A DNA stretch of 64,000 bases from Dehalococcoidia bacterium (GTDB lineage: Bacteria; Chloroflexota; Dehalococcoidia; Plut-88900). A program made the position numbers and the translations under genes. The stretch lies in assembly GCA_965249275.1 (NCBI GenBank), contig CBDFLQ010000007.1, positions 960,001 through 1,024,000 of the forward strand, written 5' to 3'. How positions within the stretch are numbered: the first letter of the stretch is position 1; each line of letters opens with the position of its first letter. Below are positions 47,513-56,364 of this stretch, piece after piece. The notes beneath the pieces were generated by a model that was given only the letters and a program-made list of their open reading frames with translations, was not told the DNA's origin and ran no database searches.

Positions 47513-47710
47513 ATGAGCTGGATGGAATTCAAACGCGTCCCAACTCTCATCGTCGCCGAGATGTGGAAAGACCTATTCGAGGGCGAGGGACTTCCCACCC
47601 GCATCCTCCCCGAGGGCGATATCCTCTCCTGGGCTGAGGGCGTGCCGTTCATCGTTTACGTTCCAAAGGGCCGCGAGCACATCGCCGACGAGATTCTCAG
47701 GAAGATATAG
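47513..47710 (+). CDS. Small hypothetical protein inside nuo operon (DUF2007-like)
   Basis: AEMWKDLFEGEGLP...VYVP...ADEILR; fills the nuoK-nuoL gap, stop abuts nuoL ATG. Confidence 0.7.
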   Translation: MSWMEFKRVPTLIVAEMWKDLFEGEGLPTRILPEGDILSWAEGVPFIVYVPKGREHIADEILRKI

Positions 47711-49630
47711 ATGATCCCCGAAGCGGCAAGCTGGCTGATCCTATTCCTTCCCCTAATCTCGTTCCTCTTAATTGTCTTCGTGGTACGTCCCCTGTTCGGG
47801 TCTGCGGCCATTGTGGCGGGCTTCGTGGCCGTACTATCTATCGGCGGATCTTTTGTACTGTCCATCTGGGCGCTGGCATCGGTTATCGATACGCCGGGCC
47901 ATCTGCAGGACTATTCGAGCCATGGATGGATGGATATAGGCGTCTTGCAGATCAAGATGGGAATCCTGATGGACTCCCTGACGGCGATCATGCTCATTGT
48001 GGTTACGGGCGTTAGCCTGATGGTGCAGCTCTATTCATTGGGCTACATGAAGCACGACGCCTCGATAGCCCGGTTCTTCGCATACATGTCGCTGTTTACG
48101 TGCTCGATGCTCGGGCTGGTAATGGCCGACAACCTGATAATGCTCTTCGTATTCTGGGAGCTGGTCGGCCTCTCCTCCTACCTGCTGATAGGCTTCTGGC
48201 ACGATAGACCAAGCGCAGCGGCAGCCGCCAAGAAAGCGTTTATCGTGACTCGATTCGGCGACATGGGTTTCCTAATCGCCATCCTGGGTGTGTACATGAC
48301 CCTCGGCGCCGATGGGCTGGACATCGCCTTCTTGAACGAGGCCGCCGGAGGCCCCCTTGCCGGGATTGCCCTCACACTGGTTGCGCTGGGCATTTTCTCG
48401 GGTGCGGTCGGGAAGTCGGGGCAGTTCCCCCTTCACACCTGGCTCCCAGACGCGATGGAAGGTCCGACCCCAGTCAGCGCCCTCATTCACGCCGCCACAA
48501 TGGTGGCCGCCGGTGTATTCCTAGTAGCCCGCATGTTCCCCCTCTTCGAAGCCTCCACCGCTGCAATGACCACCGTTGCTTACATCGGGGCGGGGACTGC
48601 CCTCTTCGCGGCCACCATGGGCCTGGTGATGACGGACATCAAGCGAGTGCTCGCTTATTCCACGGTGAGCCAACTGGGGTTCATGATGTTCGCCCTGGGG
48701 GTCGGGGCGGTGCCAGCGGCCATTTTCCACCTGTTCACCCACGCATTTTTCAAGGCCCTGCTCTTCCTGGGCTCGGGAAGCGTCAACCATGCCACGGGAA
48801 CCTATGACATAAGACGTATGGGGGGTCTGGCAAAGCCAATGCCCTGGACCTTCGCCACATTTGCCATAGGCGGGCTGGCGATATCGGGCATACCTCCATT
48901 CTCGGGGTTCTGGAGCAAGGACGAGATATTGGCGGCGGCGTGGCACGGGGATAAAGGGGTCTATATTCTCGGCATTGTTGCCGCCTTCCTAACCTCCGTA
49001 TACATATTCAGGCTTATCTTCATCACATTCCTGGGCAAATACCGCGGCGGCGAGGCCCCACAGCACGGCGAACACGTACCAGATGAACCCCATGAGTCCC
49101 CTGTCATCATGGTTGTTCCAATGCTCATTCTCGCTGCAGGGGCGATTGCTGCGGGGCTAGCCAACCTGCCCGGCTTCTCGATCCTCGGCATCCCGGAGAG
49201 CTGGATGTCCGATTTGCTCACGGGCCACGGGGAGCCATTCCCCACGGGCATCGCAGTCTCGTCCTCGCTCGTCGCTGCGCTGGGCATTGGCGTGGCCTAT
49301 GCCATCTATGTCCGGCGCATCATCACCCCCGAGAAGATCATGGCAACCTTCAGTCCCATCCACCGAATTCTCGCCCGGAAATACTACATGGATGAGATAT
49401 ACGAGACGGGGATAGTACGCAAGGTGGGCCTGGGAATCGTGGCACGGGGCGGGGACATATTCGACAGGAACGTGGTGGATCGTATCGTCAACATAGTGGG
49501 TTCCTTGGGCCGAAATTTCGGGGGCGGCATAGCCAAACTGCAGACAGGACAGGTGCAGGCCTATGGGGTCGGAATTTTTGTCGGTCTGATAGTCATTATG
49601 GCCATATTCTGGTTCGCGACCGGGATGTAA
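47711..49630 (+). CDS. nuoL: Complex I subunit L
   Basis: WELVGLSSYLLIGFW, GKSGQFPLHTWLPDAMEGPTPVSALIHAATMV, HAFFKALLFL. Confidence 0.97.
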   Translation: MIPEAASWLILFLPLISFLLIVFVVRPLFGSAAIVAGFVAVLSIGGSFVLSIWALASVIDTPGHLQDYSSHGWMDIGVLQIKMGILMDSLTAIMLIVVTGVSLMVQLYSLGYMKHDASIARFFAYMSLFTCSMLGLVMADNLIMLFVFWELVGLSSYLLIGFWHDRPSAAAAAKKAFIVTRFGDMGFLIAILGVYMTLGADGLDIAFLNEAAGGPLAGIALTLVALGIFSGAVGKSGQFPLHTWLPDAMEGPTPVSALIHAATMVAAGVFLVARMFPLFEASTAAMTTVAYIGAGTALFAATMGLVMTDIKRVLAYSTVSQLGFMMFALGVGAVPAAIFHLFTHAFFKALLFLGSGSVNHATGTYDIRRMGGLAKPMPWTFATFAIGGLAISGIPPFSGFWSKDEILAAAWHGDKGVYILGIVAAFLTSVYIFRLIFITFLGKYRGGEAPQHGEHVPDEPHESPVIMVVPMLILAAGAIAAGLANLPGFSILGIPESWMSDLLTGHGEPFPTGIAVSSSLVAALGIGVAYAIYVRRIITPEKIMATFSPIHRILARKYYMDEIYETGIVRKVGLGIVARGGDIFDRNVVDRIVNIVGSLGRNFGGGIAKLQTGQVQAYGVGIFVGLIVIMAIFWFATGM

Positions 49631-49634
49631 AGCT

Positions 49635-51107
49635 TTGTTCACTGGCATACTCAGCTTAATAGTGTTCCTGCCCCTAGCCGGGGTGCTGCTCATTCTCCTT
49701 CTGCCTCGGGCTGAGGGAGGACGAAGCCGCCAGGTGGCCCTTGGCGTCACCCTGGCCACCCTCGCCCTAGCTATCATCACTGCCATTCGCTTCAATACCT
49801 CCATTTCCGATCCCCAGTTTGTCGAGCAGTACCAGTGGATCCCATTTATCAACGTAGAATACTTCTTAGGCGTGGACGGCCTATCGATGCCGATGGTGGT
49901 CCTGACCGCCCTCCTTTCCGTTGCGGCGATTCTGGCCTCCTGGAAGATCAACTATCGGACCAAGGAGTACTTCATCTGGATGCTCGTCCTGGAAACGGGC
50001 GTCATGGGGGTGTTCACCTCTTTGGACCTGGTCCAGTTCTTCCTCTTCTGGGAAGTGGAACTGGTCCCCATGTACCTGCTCATATCTATTTGGGGAAGCG
50101 GCCGCCGAGAGTACTCGGCGATGAAGTTCCTGATCTACACGGTTGGGGCGAGTGCGCTGATGCTGGTCGGGATTCTGGCGGTCGGGTTTGCGGCAGGTTC
50201 GTTCAACATGATCGAGCTCGCCAAGACGGGGTCGGACTGGATACCAAACCTGTTCATCTCCGCCGAGCTCGCGTTCCTTCTGATAATGGCCGCCTTCGCC
50301 GTTAAGCTACCCATCTGGCCTTTCCATACGTGGCTCCCGGACGCCCACACCGACGCCCCAACCGCTGTCAGCGTCATGCTGGCCGGTGTGCTCCTCAAGA
50401 TGGGGGGTTACGGCATCCTCCGGATCTCCATCAGCCTCTTCCCCGAAGTCACCGATAAACTGGCAATCTGGCTGGCAGTTCTGGGGGTGGTCAACATTCT
50501 GTACGGAGCGTTCGTAACGTTCCAGCAGACCGACCTGAAGCGGCTCGTGGCGTTCAGCAGTGTCAGCCACATGGGATTCGTGCTCTTGGGAGTCGCCTCC
50601 CTGGACGAAGTGGGACTCACCGGAGCCGCGCTGCAGATGTTCACCCACGGCACGATCACCGGTCTCCTCTTCTTCCTGGTTGGACTCGTATACGACCGGG
50701 TCCATACACGGCACATCCCGGACCTCGGGGGCCTGGCGAACCGAATGCCATTCATAGCTGCGGCCTTCCTCATCGGAGGATTGGCGTCTCTGGGTCTTCC
50801 GGCAACCAGCGGTTTCGTGGCAGAGCTGACCATTTTCTTAGGCACTTTCCAGGAGTGGCGAACAGCCACGGTCCTGGGTGTGCTCGGGATCTTTCTTTCG
50901 GCGGGCTATATTTTGTGGACCCTGCAACGCACCATGTACGGCACCCCAACTACTCGGTTCCAGCACGTCGGGGATGCGGGGATTGTGGACAAGGCCGGAG
51001 CCATTCTGCTAATCGCCCCGATCCTTATAGTCGGGGTCTATCCGTCCTTTATCACCGATATGCTGAGGGAAGGAATAAAGCCTATCAGCGCCCTATACGG
51101 CGGCTAG
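49635..51107 (+). CDS. nuoM: Complex I subunit M
   Basis: GVDGLS, FWE..LVPM, PFHTWLPDAHTDAP, SSVSHMG. Confidence 0.97.
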   Translation: MFTGILSLIVFLPLAGVLLILLLPRAEGGRSRQVALGVTLATLALAIITAIRFNTSISDPQFVEQYQWIPFINVEYFLGVDGLSMPMVVLTALLSVAAILASWKINYRTKEYFIWMLVLETGVMGVFTSLDLVQFFLFWEVELVPMYLLISIWGSGRREYSAMKFLIYTVGASALMLVGILAVGFAAGSFNMIELAKTGSDWIPNLFISAELAFLLIMAAFAVKLPIWPFHTWLPDAHTDAPTAVSVMLAGVLLKMGGYGILRISISLFPEVTDKLAIWLAVLGVVNILYGAFVTFQQTDLKRLVAFSSVSHMGFVLLGVASLDEVGLTGAALQMFTHGTITGLLFFLVGLVYDRVHTRHIPDLGGLANRMPFIAAAFLIGGLASLGLPATSGFVAELTIFLGTFQEWRTATVLGVLGIFLSAGYILWTLQRTMYGTPTTRFQHVGDAGIVDKAGAILLIAPILIVGVYPSFITDMLREGIKPISALYGG

Positions 51108-51122
51108 TCCAGGCACACGCTA

Positions 51123-52589
51123 ATGTATCCTGACGACCTATATCTCTTAATGCCCGAGCTGGTCTTGGGCGGGGCCGCGGGCATCATCATCCTTCTAGAC
51201 CTCGTCCTCAAGAAGAAGGATGTACTTGCTCCCCTGAGCCTAGCGGGTATCGCCGCTTCGGCGGCACTCTCACTGGTGCTCTGGCTCAAGGTTGACGGGT
51301 TAGAGTCCAACGCATTGACTGGGTTCAACGGTTTCCTAGTCGTTGACCACTATGCTCTGTTCTTCAAGTTCCTTATCCTCGGCGCGACTGCCTTAGTCTT
51401 GATGGCTTCCCATTCCGCCACGGGCTTGCGGGCCTACCGAGCCGAGTATTTCGCCCTGATTATGATGGCCTCCGGCGGTCTGATGCTCCTGGCCGCTTCC
51501 ACCGAGCTGATATCCATTTACGTATCCCTGGAGTTGAGCGCACTGGCCACCGTGGCCCTGATAGCTCTCAACAAAGACAATCGCTCCACGGAGGCTGCCC
51601 TGAAGTTCCTGGTGCTGAGCGCTATCAGCTCGGGAATAATGCTGTTCGGGTTTGCCATGATCTTCGGACTCACCGGCAGCACGAGGCTGCTGGACATCGC
51701 CGACAGACTGACGCCCTTCAGCCAGCTAATCGAGCAGCCGGCCCTGTTACTCGGAGTCATCTTCATCGTCGCCGGGTTCGGGTTCAAGATCTCCTCGGTA
51801 CCCTTCCAGATGTGGGTACCAGACGTGTACGAAGGCGCACCTACCCCGGTTGCCGCCTATCTCTCGGTGGCGAGCAAAGCGGCAGGGTTTGCGGTTATCG
51901 TTCGTGTGTTTTTCCTAGCCTTCGGCTCCGTCACCGAGGAGTGGGCGCTGCTATTCGCCATCCTGGCAGCCGTATCGATGTTCATAGGCAACCTGGTAGC
52001 CATAGCCCAGTCGAACATCAAGCGGATGCTGGGCTACAGCACCATAGCCCATGCCGGGTTCATCATGGTGGGGCTGGCGGCCATTGGGCGGGACGGCTCG
52101 GCCCTCGGCCCGGGGGTCGAGAGCCTGATGTTCTACCTGGTCGCCTATGCGGCTACCAACCTAGCTGCGTTCTTTGGGGTGATCGCCATATCCGGCGTTA
52201 TCAAGAGCGAGCTAATTCAGGACTACGCGGGGCTCGCGCGGCGGAACCCGGTGTTGGCACTGGGTATGGCAATATCCCTCATATCCCTCATGGGCATCCC
52301 GCCAACCGCCGGATTCTGGGCCAAGCTGAACGTCTTCAAGGCCGCCGTCGAGACCGACCTGGTGTGGCTGGCGGTGGTCGGGATGGTAAACAGCGTCATC
52401 TCGGCCTACTTCTACCTCCGGGTGATAAAGGCGATGTACCTGGCCCCCTCCCGCAGGGAAGAGCCCATAGCCACTACATTGCCCCTGAACGCCGCTATGG
52501 CCATAACGGTACTCGGGGTGCTGTTCATGGGAATAGTGCCCAACTACGTTATGGACTTGGTCGGGACTGCGGTTACGACGCTGGGCTGA
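51123..52589 (+). CDS. nuoN: Complex I subunit N
   Basis: EAALKF, FKISSVPFQMWVPDVYEGAP, KRMLGYS.IAHAG, GIPPTAGF. Confidence 0.97.
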   Translation: MYPDDLYLLMPELVLGGAAGIIILLDLVLKKKDVLAPLSLAGIAASAALSLVLWLKVDGLESNALTGFNGFLVVDHYALFFKFLILGATALVLMASHSATGLRAYRAEYFALIMMASGGLMLLAASTELISIYVSLELSALATVALIALNKDNRSTEAALKFLVLSAISSGIMLFGFAMIFGLTGSTRLLDIADRLTPFSQLIEQPALLLGVIFIVAGFGFKISSVPFQMWVPDVYEGAPTPVAAYLSVASKAAGFAVIVRVFFLAFGSVTEEWALLFAILAAVSMFIGNLVAIAQSNIKRMLGYSTIAHAGFIMVGLAAIGRDGSALGPGVESLMFYLVAYAATNLAAFFGVIAISGVIKSELIQDYAGLARRNPVLALGMAISLISLMGIPPTAGFWAKLNVFKAAVETDLVWLAVVGMVNSVISAYFYLRVIKAMYLAPSRREEPIATTLPLNAAMAITVLGVLFMGIVPNYVMDLVGTAVTTLG

Positions 52590-52609
52590 TTCAGCCTCGG
52601 CTGTTCGGT

Positions 52610-53020
52610 CTAATAGAGCGCCTGACGCCCTTCAGTTCTGTATGTCAGCAAACCAGTGTGGCGCGCGAGCACGTCAAAATCGGCGTCCTGGTGTAGAACT
52701 GAGGCCCCCGCGCTTATGGCTACTGAGGCGATGAGGCAGTCGATGAGCTTGCGGACAGTTTCTCCATTTCGACGGCAACGGCGGTATAGGGCAGCCGCAT
52801 CCTCATAGTCAGTAGGGTCGGTCGGCAGCATCACTGCACGGGCCAAGAGTCTGCGCAGGTCCAATAAATGGAATTCGTCTCGGGCCCCGGCCAGCACTTC
52901 CATACGCACGGCATCACATATGGCAATCTCGTCAGACAATAGTTCATCTACGAGAAGGCAGACTGGAGAACCGGTGTCGCGGAGGAATTCAATCCAGGCC
53001 GAAGTGTCGATCAGGATCAC
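52610..53020 (-). CDS. vapC: VapC PIN-domain toxin
   Basis: LIDTSAWI, MEVLAG, IDCLIA, HQDADF. Confidence 0.9.
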   Translation of the reverse strand: MILIDTSAWIEFLRDTGSPVCLLVDELLSDEIAICDAVRMEVLAGARDEFHLLDLRRLLARAVMLPTDPTDYEDAAALYRRCRRNGETVRKLIDCLIASVAISAGASVLHQDADFDVLARHTGLLTYRTEGRQALY

Positions 53021-53220
53021 AACGAACGGCCGGAGCGCATTGCTTCCAGGTCACCGTCCCAGCCGGTGCCGCGGAGTGCGCGGGCTTCGTCCAGGGACAA
53101 TGACTCAGCAGCAACCATTCGGAGGGCGAAGTTAACCGCCTCGCGCTTGGTTGAAATACGGTAGCGTGCCATCACTTCGGCGACCACTCGATCATCTATG
53201 TCTATGTTGGTGCGTGTCAT
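53017..53220 (-). CDS. vapB: VapB antitoxin
   Basis: MTRTNIDIDD...TKREAVNFAL...GWDGDL; overlaps vapC start. Confidence 0.88.
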   Translation of the reverse strand: MTRTNIDIDDRVVAEVMARYRISTKREAVNFALRMVAAESLSLDEARALRGTGWDGDLEAMRSGRSL

Positions 53221-53315
53221 ACACCAAGCATACACCATTGAGGCGCCTATAGCAAGATAGCATGGTGAATTCGATTATCCAGGACTGCGCTAAGGCAGTA
53301 CCCCGATAGGGGGCT

Positions 53316-54233
53316 CTACGCCCCGAACCGGTCCCCAACCGCCAGGCCCGATTGTTCGATGTATTCGGGTGCGGGTATCTTCCTAGACTCGGGTGGCTGC
53401 ACTCGCTTTATCTTCACCGAGCCCCCACCCCCGGTACCCACCGCGAATCCATCCTCTGCTATGGCCAGCACTTCACCTGCGGCCCCGGAATCAGAGCTCA
53501 ACTCCGAATCGAAGATCTTGACTTTCTGGCCCTTCAGGACTCCCCATGCGCCAGGCTGAGGGTTAGTGCCCCGAATGAGGTTGTATACGGTCTGAGCGTC
53601 CTTCTGCCAGTCGATCTCCGCGTTTTCGGGGCGGCAGATACCTTCGTAGGTGGCCTGAGACTCGTCCTGCACGATTCTCGGGGCAGTGCCGGCCTTCACC
53701 AGGTCCACCGACTCTAACATAGCGGCTACGCCATCCGGGAAGAGGTGGTTGAAGTAGACGGATCCGACGGTGTCGTCGGGTCCGATGGCCGCTTCCTTCT
53801 GCATAAGGATGGGGCCCGTGTCCAGGCCTTTGTCGGGCCAGAAGATCGTGAGGCCCGTCTTGTCATCTCCGTTGATGATGGCCCAGTTGATGGCGCTCGC
53901 GCCCCGGTGTTTCGGCAGCAGGGACGGGTGGTACTGGATGGTGCCCAGAGTCGGCTCATTCAATACCCTCTCCGGCACGAGAAGCGTCACGAAGGCCATA
54001 ACCCCGATGTCCGGCTTCATTCCCGCGATAGTGTCGTAGATCTCATCTGTCTTCATGGACGTTACCGTTATCAGGGGGATGCCAAGCTCCTCCGCCTTTG
54101 CAGACAGGGGGTCAGGTCGGCCCCTCCTCTCCGGGGGTGCGAAGACTCCCACCACCTCATCGTCTCCCCGGCCCACGAGTTTTTCCAGGACTCCGGCCCC
54201 AAAGGGCGCCTGACCTATGACTATTATTCTCAC
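53316..54233 (-). CDS. Formyltransferase family protein, 10-formyl-THF dehydrogenase N-domain-like
   Basis: IGQ..FG, YHPSLLPKHRGASAINW, FWPDKGLDTG, LFPDG, ATYEG. Confidence 0.8.
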   Translation of the reverse strand: MRIIVIGQAPFGAGVLEKLVGRGDDEVVGVFAPPERRGRPDPLSAKAEELGIPLITVTSMKTDEIYDTIAGMKPDIGVMAFVTLLVPERVLNEPTLGTIQYHPSLLPKHRGASAINWAIINGDDKTGLTIFWPDKGLDTGPILMQKEAAIGPDDTVGSVYFNHLFPDGVAAMLESVDLVKAGTAPRIVQDESQATYEGICRPENAEIDWQKDAQTVYNLIRGTNPQPGAWGVLKGQKVKIFDSELSSDSGAAGEVLAIAEDGFAVGTGGGGSVKIKRVQPPESRKIPAPEYIEQSGLAVGDRFGA

Positions 54234-54377
54234 CTGTGTACCTCCATCAGACCTAATCTCGGCAATATCAGCCCGCCCATGAGCAGTGGGAGTCTCGACT
54301 TGGATTCCGGCTGCGCTTTATACTTGCGCCCTCAACATCATGCCTTCCCACAGGCCCGAGACCCGAGAGAGGCCAAC

Positions 54378-55247
54378 TTGTCCGAAGAGCAAAACATAAG
54401 ACGGGTAGCCGTATTCTACCATCCGCGGCTCCCCGCGGCCCGGGTCCTCGCAGATGACCTGCTGGACATCCTCGGCAAAACCGGCGTCAGGGGATGGGCG
54501 CGTTCGGCCTGGGACGAAGAGATAACCTCAGACAACGTCGGTGACCGGGACCTGCTGATCAGCGTTGGGGGGGACGGCACCATGCTGCGGGTGTCCCATC
54601 TTGCCCTGTCCTCCGAGATCCCCGTCCTTGGCATCAACATGGGTAAAGTGGGGTTTATGAACGAGCTCAACCCCGCCGAGGCCCTCCAAGACCTCCCGCG
54701 GCTCCTCGCTGACGGAGGAAGGATCGAGCGTCGCGCCACGCTCCAGGCGGAGGTCGTGCCTCCGGCCACGACGGCCGATGGAGAGGGCACGGGGCGCAGG
54801 ACTTACTTTGCATTGAACGACGTAGTTGTAGCGCGGGGGCGCGTGGCTCGGGTCATACGCATCGAGGCCCGCATCGACGGCGATCTCTTCACCGTCTACA
54901 AAGGTGACGGTGTCATTATCGCCACGGCCACCGGCAGCACCAGCTATTCCATGGCTGCGGGCGGCCCGATTCTCAATCCCCTTACAGACGAGTTCGTGCT
55001 CAACCCCGTGACTTCACACCTCACCATTTCCAACGCCCTGGTGCTGCCACCCACCTCGGTGATAGACCTCACCGTGAGCACCGACCACGAGGTGATAATG
55101 AGCGTAGACGGCCAGATAGAAGCCGACCTCGAGGACGGTTACACCGTTTCCGCCACCATAAGCCCAAACTCCGCTCGATTCTTGAGATTCCAGCCCCCCG
55201 GCCGCTTCTATTCCACGGTTACCGAAAGGCTGACCAGAATGGAATAA
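54378..55247 (+). CDS. nadK: NAD(+) kinase
   Basis: GGDGTML, GINMGKVGF, ALND, GDGVIIATATGSTSYSMAAGGP; TTG start chosen. Confidence 0.93.
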   Translation: MSEEQNIRRVAVFYHPRLPAARVLADDLLDILGKTGVRGWARSAWDEEITSDNVGDRDLLISVGGDGTMLRVSHLALSSEIPVLGINMGKVGFMNELNPAEALQDLPRLLADGGRIERRATLQAEVVPPATTADGEGTGRRTYFALNDVVVARGRVARVIRIEARIDGDLFTVYKGDGVIIATATGSTSYSMAAGGPILNPLTDEFVLNPVTSHLTISNALVLPPTSVIDLTVSTDHEVIMSVDGQIEADLEDGYTVSATISPNSARFLRFQPPGRFYSTVTERLTRME

Positions 55248-55260
55248 GCTCCATCCCCTC

Positions 55261-55794
55261 ATGATCGACAAACCCAAAACAAAGAGCACCCGCATCTACG
55301 AAGGCAAGGTGGTCAACCTGCGCATCGATGCTTTCCACCTTCCAGATGGCAGAGAAGCCACAATGGAAATAGTCGAGCATGTGGATGTGGTGCATATCCT
55401 GCCGGTCAACGACGACGGCAACCTATTATTGGTGAGGCAGTACCGGGCCGCGGCGGGAATGGAGCTATTGGAAACACCAGCCGGCGGCATAGAGCCCGGC
55501 GAGGATATCGAGGCCGCGGCCCAGCGCGAGCTCAGGGAGGAGACCGGCTACCGGGCTGAAAAATTCAGGCTGCTCGGCTCGGTCTACAGTTCTCCGGGGT
55601 TCTGCACCGAATTCAACCACCTATTCCTGGCCACTGGCCTCTCCTACGATCCGCTTGAGCCCGACGCCGATGAGGATATCTCCCTTGTCCCTGTCACGCT
55701 TTCGGAGGCTATGGACATGGTACGCACCAGCCAAATCGGCGATGCGAAGTCGGCCGCAGCCATACTACTTTACAAATCTCTCAGCACAACATAA
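55261..55794 (+). CDS. NUDIX hydrolase (ADP-ribose pyrophosphatase-like)
   Basis: PAGGIEPGEDIEAAAQRELREETG, SPGFC.E, DAKS. Confidence 0.9.
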   Translation: MIDKPKTKSTRIYEGKVVNLRIDAFHLPDGREATMEIVEHVDVVHILPVNDDGNLLLVRQYRAAAGMELLETPAGGIEPGEDIEAAAQRELREETGYRAEKFRLLGSVYSSPGFCTEFNHLFLATGLSYDPLEPDADEDISLVPVTLSEAMDMVRTSQIGDAKSAAAILLYKSLSTT

Positions 55795-55855
55795 AATGAC
55801 CTCGTTCCCACTCCTTCTCCCAAGGGGTCTTTTTATTTTCCTCCTTGCCAACGCC

Positions 55856-56326
55856 ATGGCCCTTAAGAAGACATACCTTACACACAGGCGATTCGAGGAG
55901 CTTAAGCTGGAGCTTCACCAGCTCCGCACCGAAAAGCGCCACAAGATAGCCGACCGCATACTCCACGCCAAGGACTTCGGCGGCACCGACGACAACGCCG
56001 AATTCGACGACGCCAAGAATGAGCAGGCGTTCATCGAGGGGCGGATCATGACCCTGGACAATATGCTGCACAATGCCACCGTAATCCCCGACGAGCACCG
56101 GAAGTCAGCCTTTGTAGACATGGGGGCCAAGGTAACCGTTCAGAACGAGTCGGGGCGCACCATGAATTACCTGATAGTAGGCAGCGACGAAGCGGACCCC
56201 AAGGCCGGGAAAATCTCCAACGAAAGCCCCGTGGGCAAGGCGCTCCTCGGCAGCAAAGTCGGTGACGACGTCCGGGTAATAGCGCCCGCCAGAGTCCTCA
56301 AGCTGACCATCAAGAGCATTGAATAG
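55856..56326 (+). CDS. greA: Transcription elongation factor GreA-like
   Basis: NAEFDDAKNEQAFIEGRI, IVGSDEADP..GKISNESPVGKALLG. Confidence 0.9.
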   Translation: MALKKTYLTHRRFEELKLELHQLRTEKRHKIADRILHAKDFGGTDDNAEFDDAKNEQAFIEGRIMTLDNMLHNATVIPDEHRKSAFVDMGAKVTVQNESGRTMNYLIVGSDEADPKAGKISNESPVGKALLGSKVGDDVRVIAPARVLKLTIKSIE

Positions 56327-56364
56327 CCAGAGGGGCCTTCCATTAGGCCCTCAATCCTTTCCGC

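Noticed and set aside
53745-54377. N-terminal extension of NAD kinase (also track extensions of licD, greA, CoA-transferase, amidohydrolase 2)
   Set aside because: Extensions overlap neighbouring genes or precede the family start; downstream starts fit better
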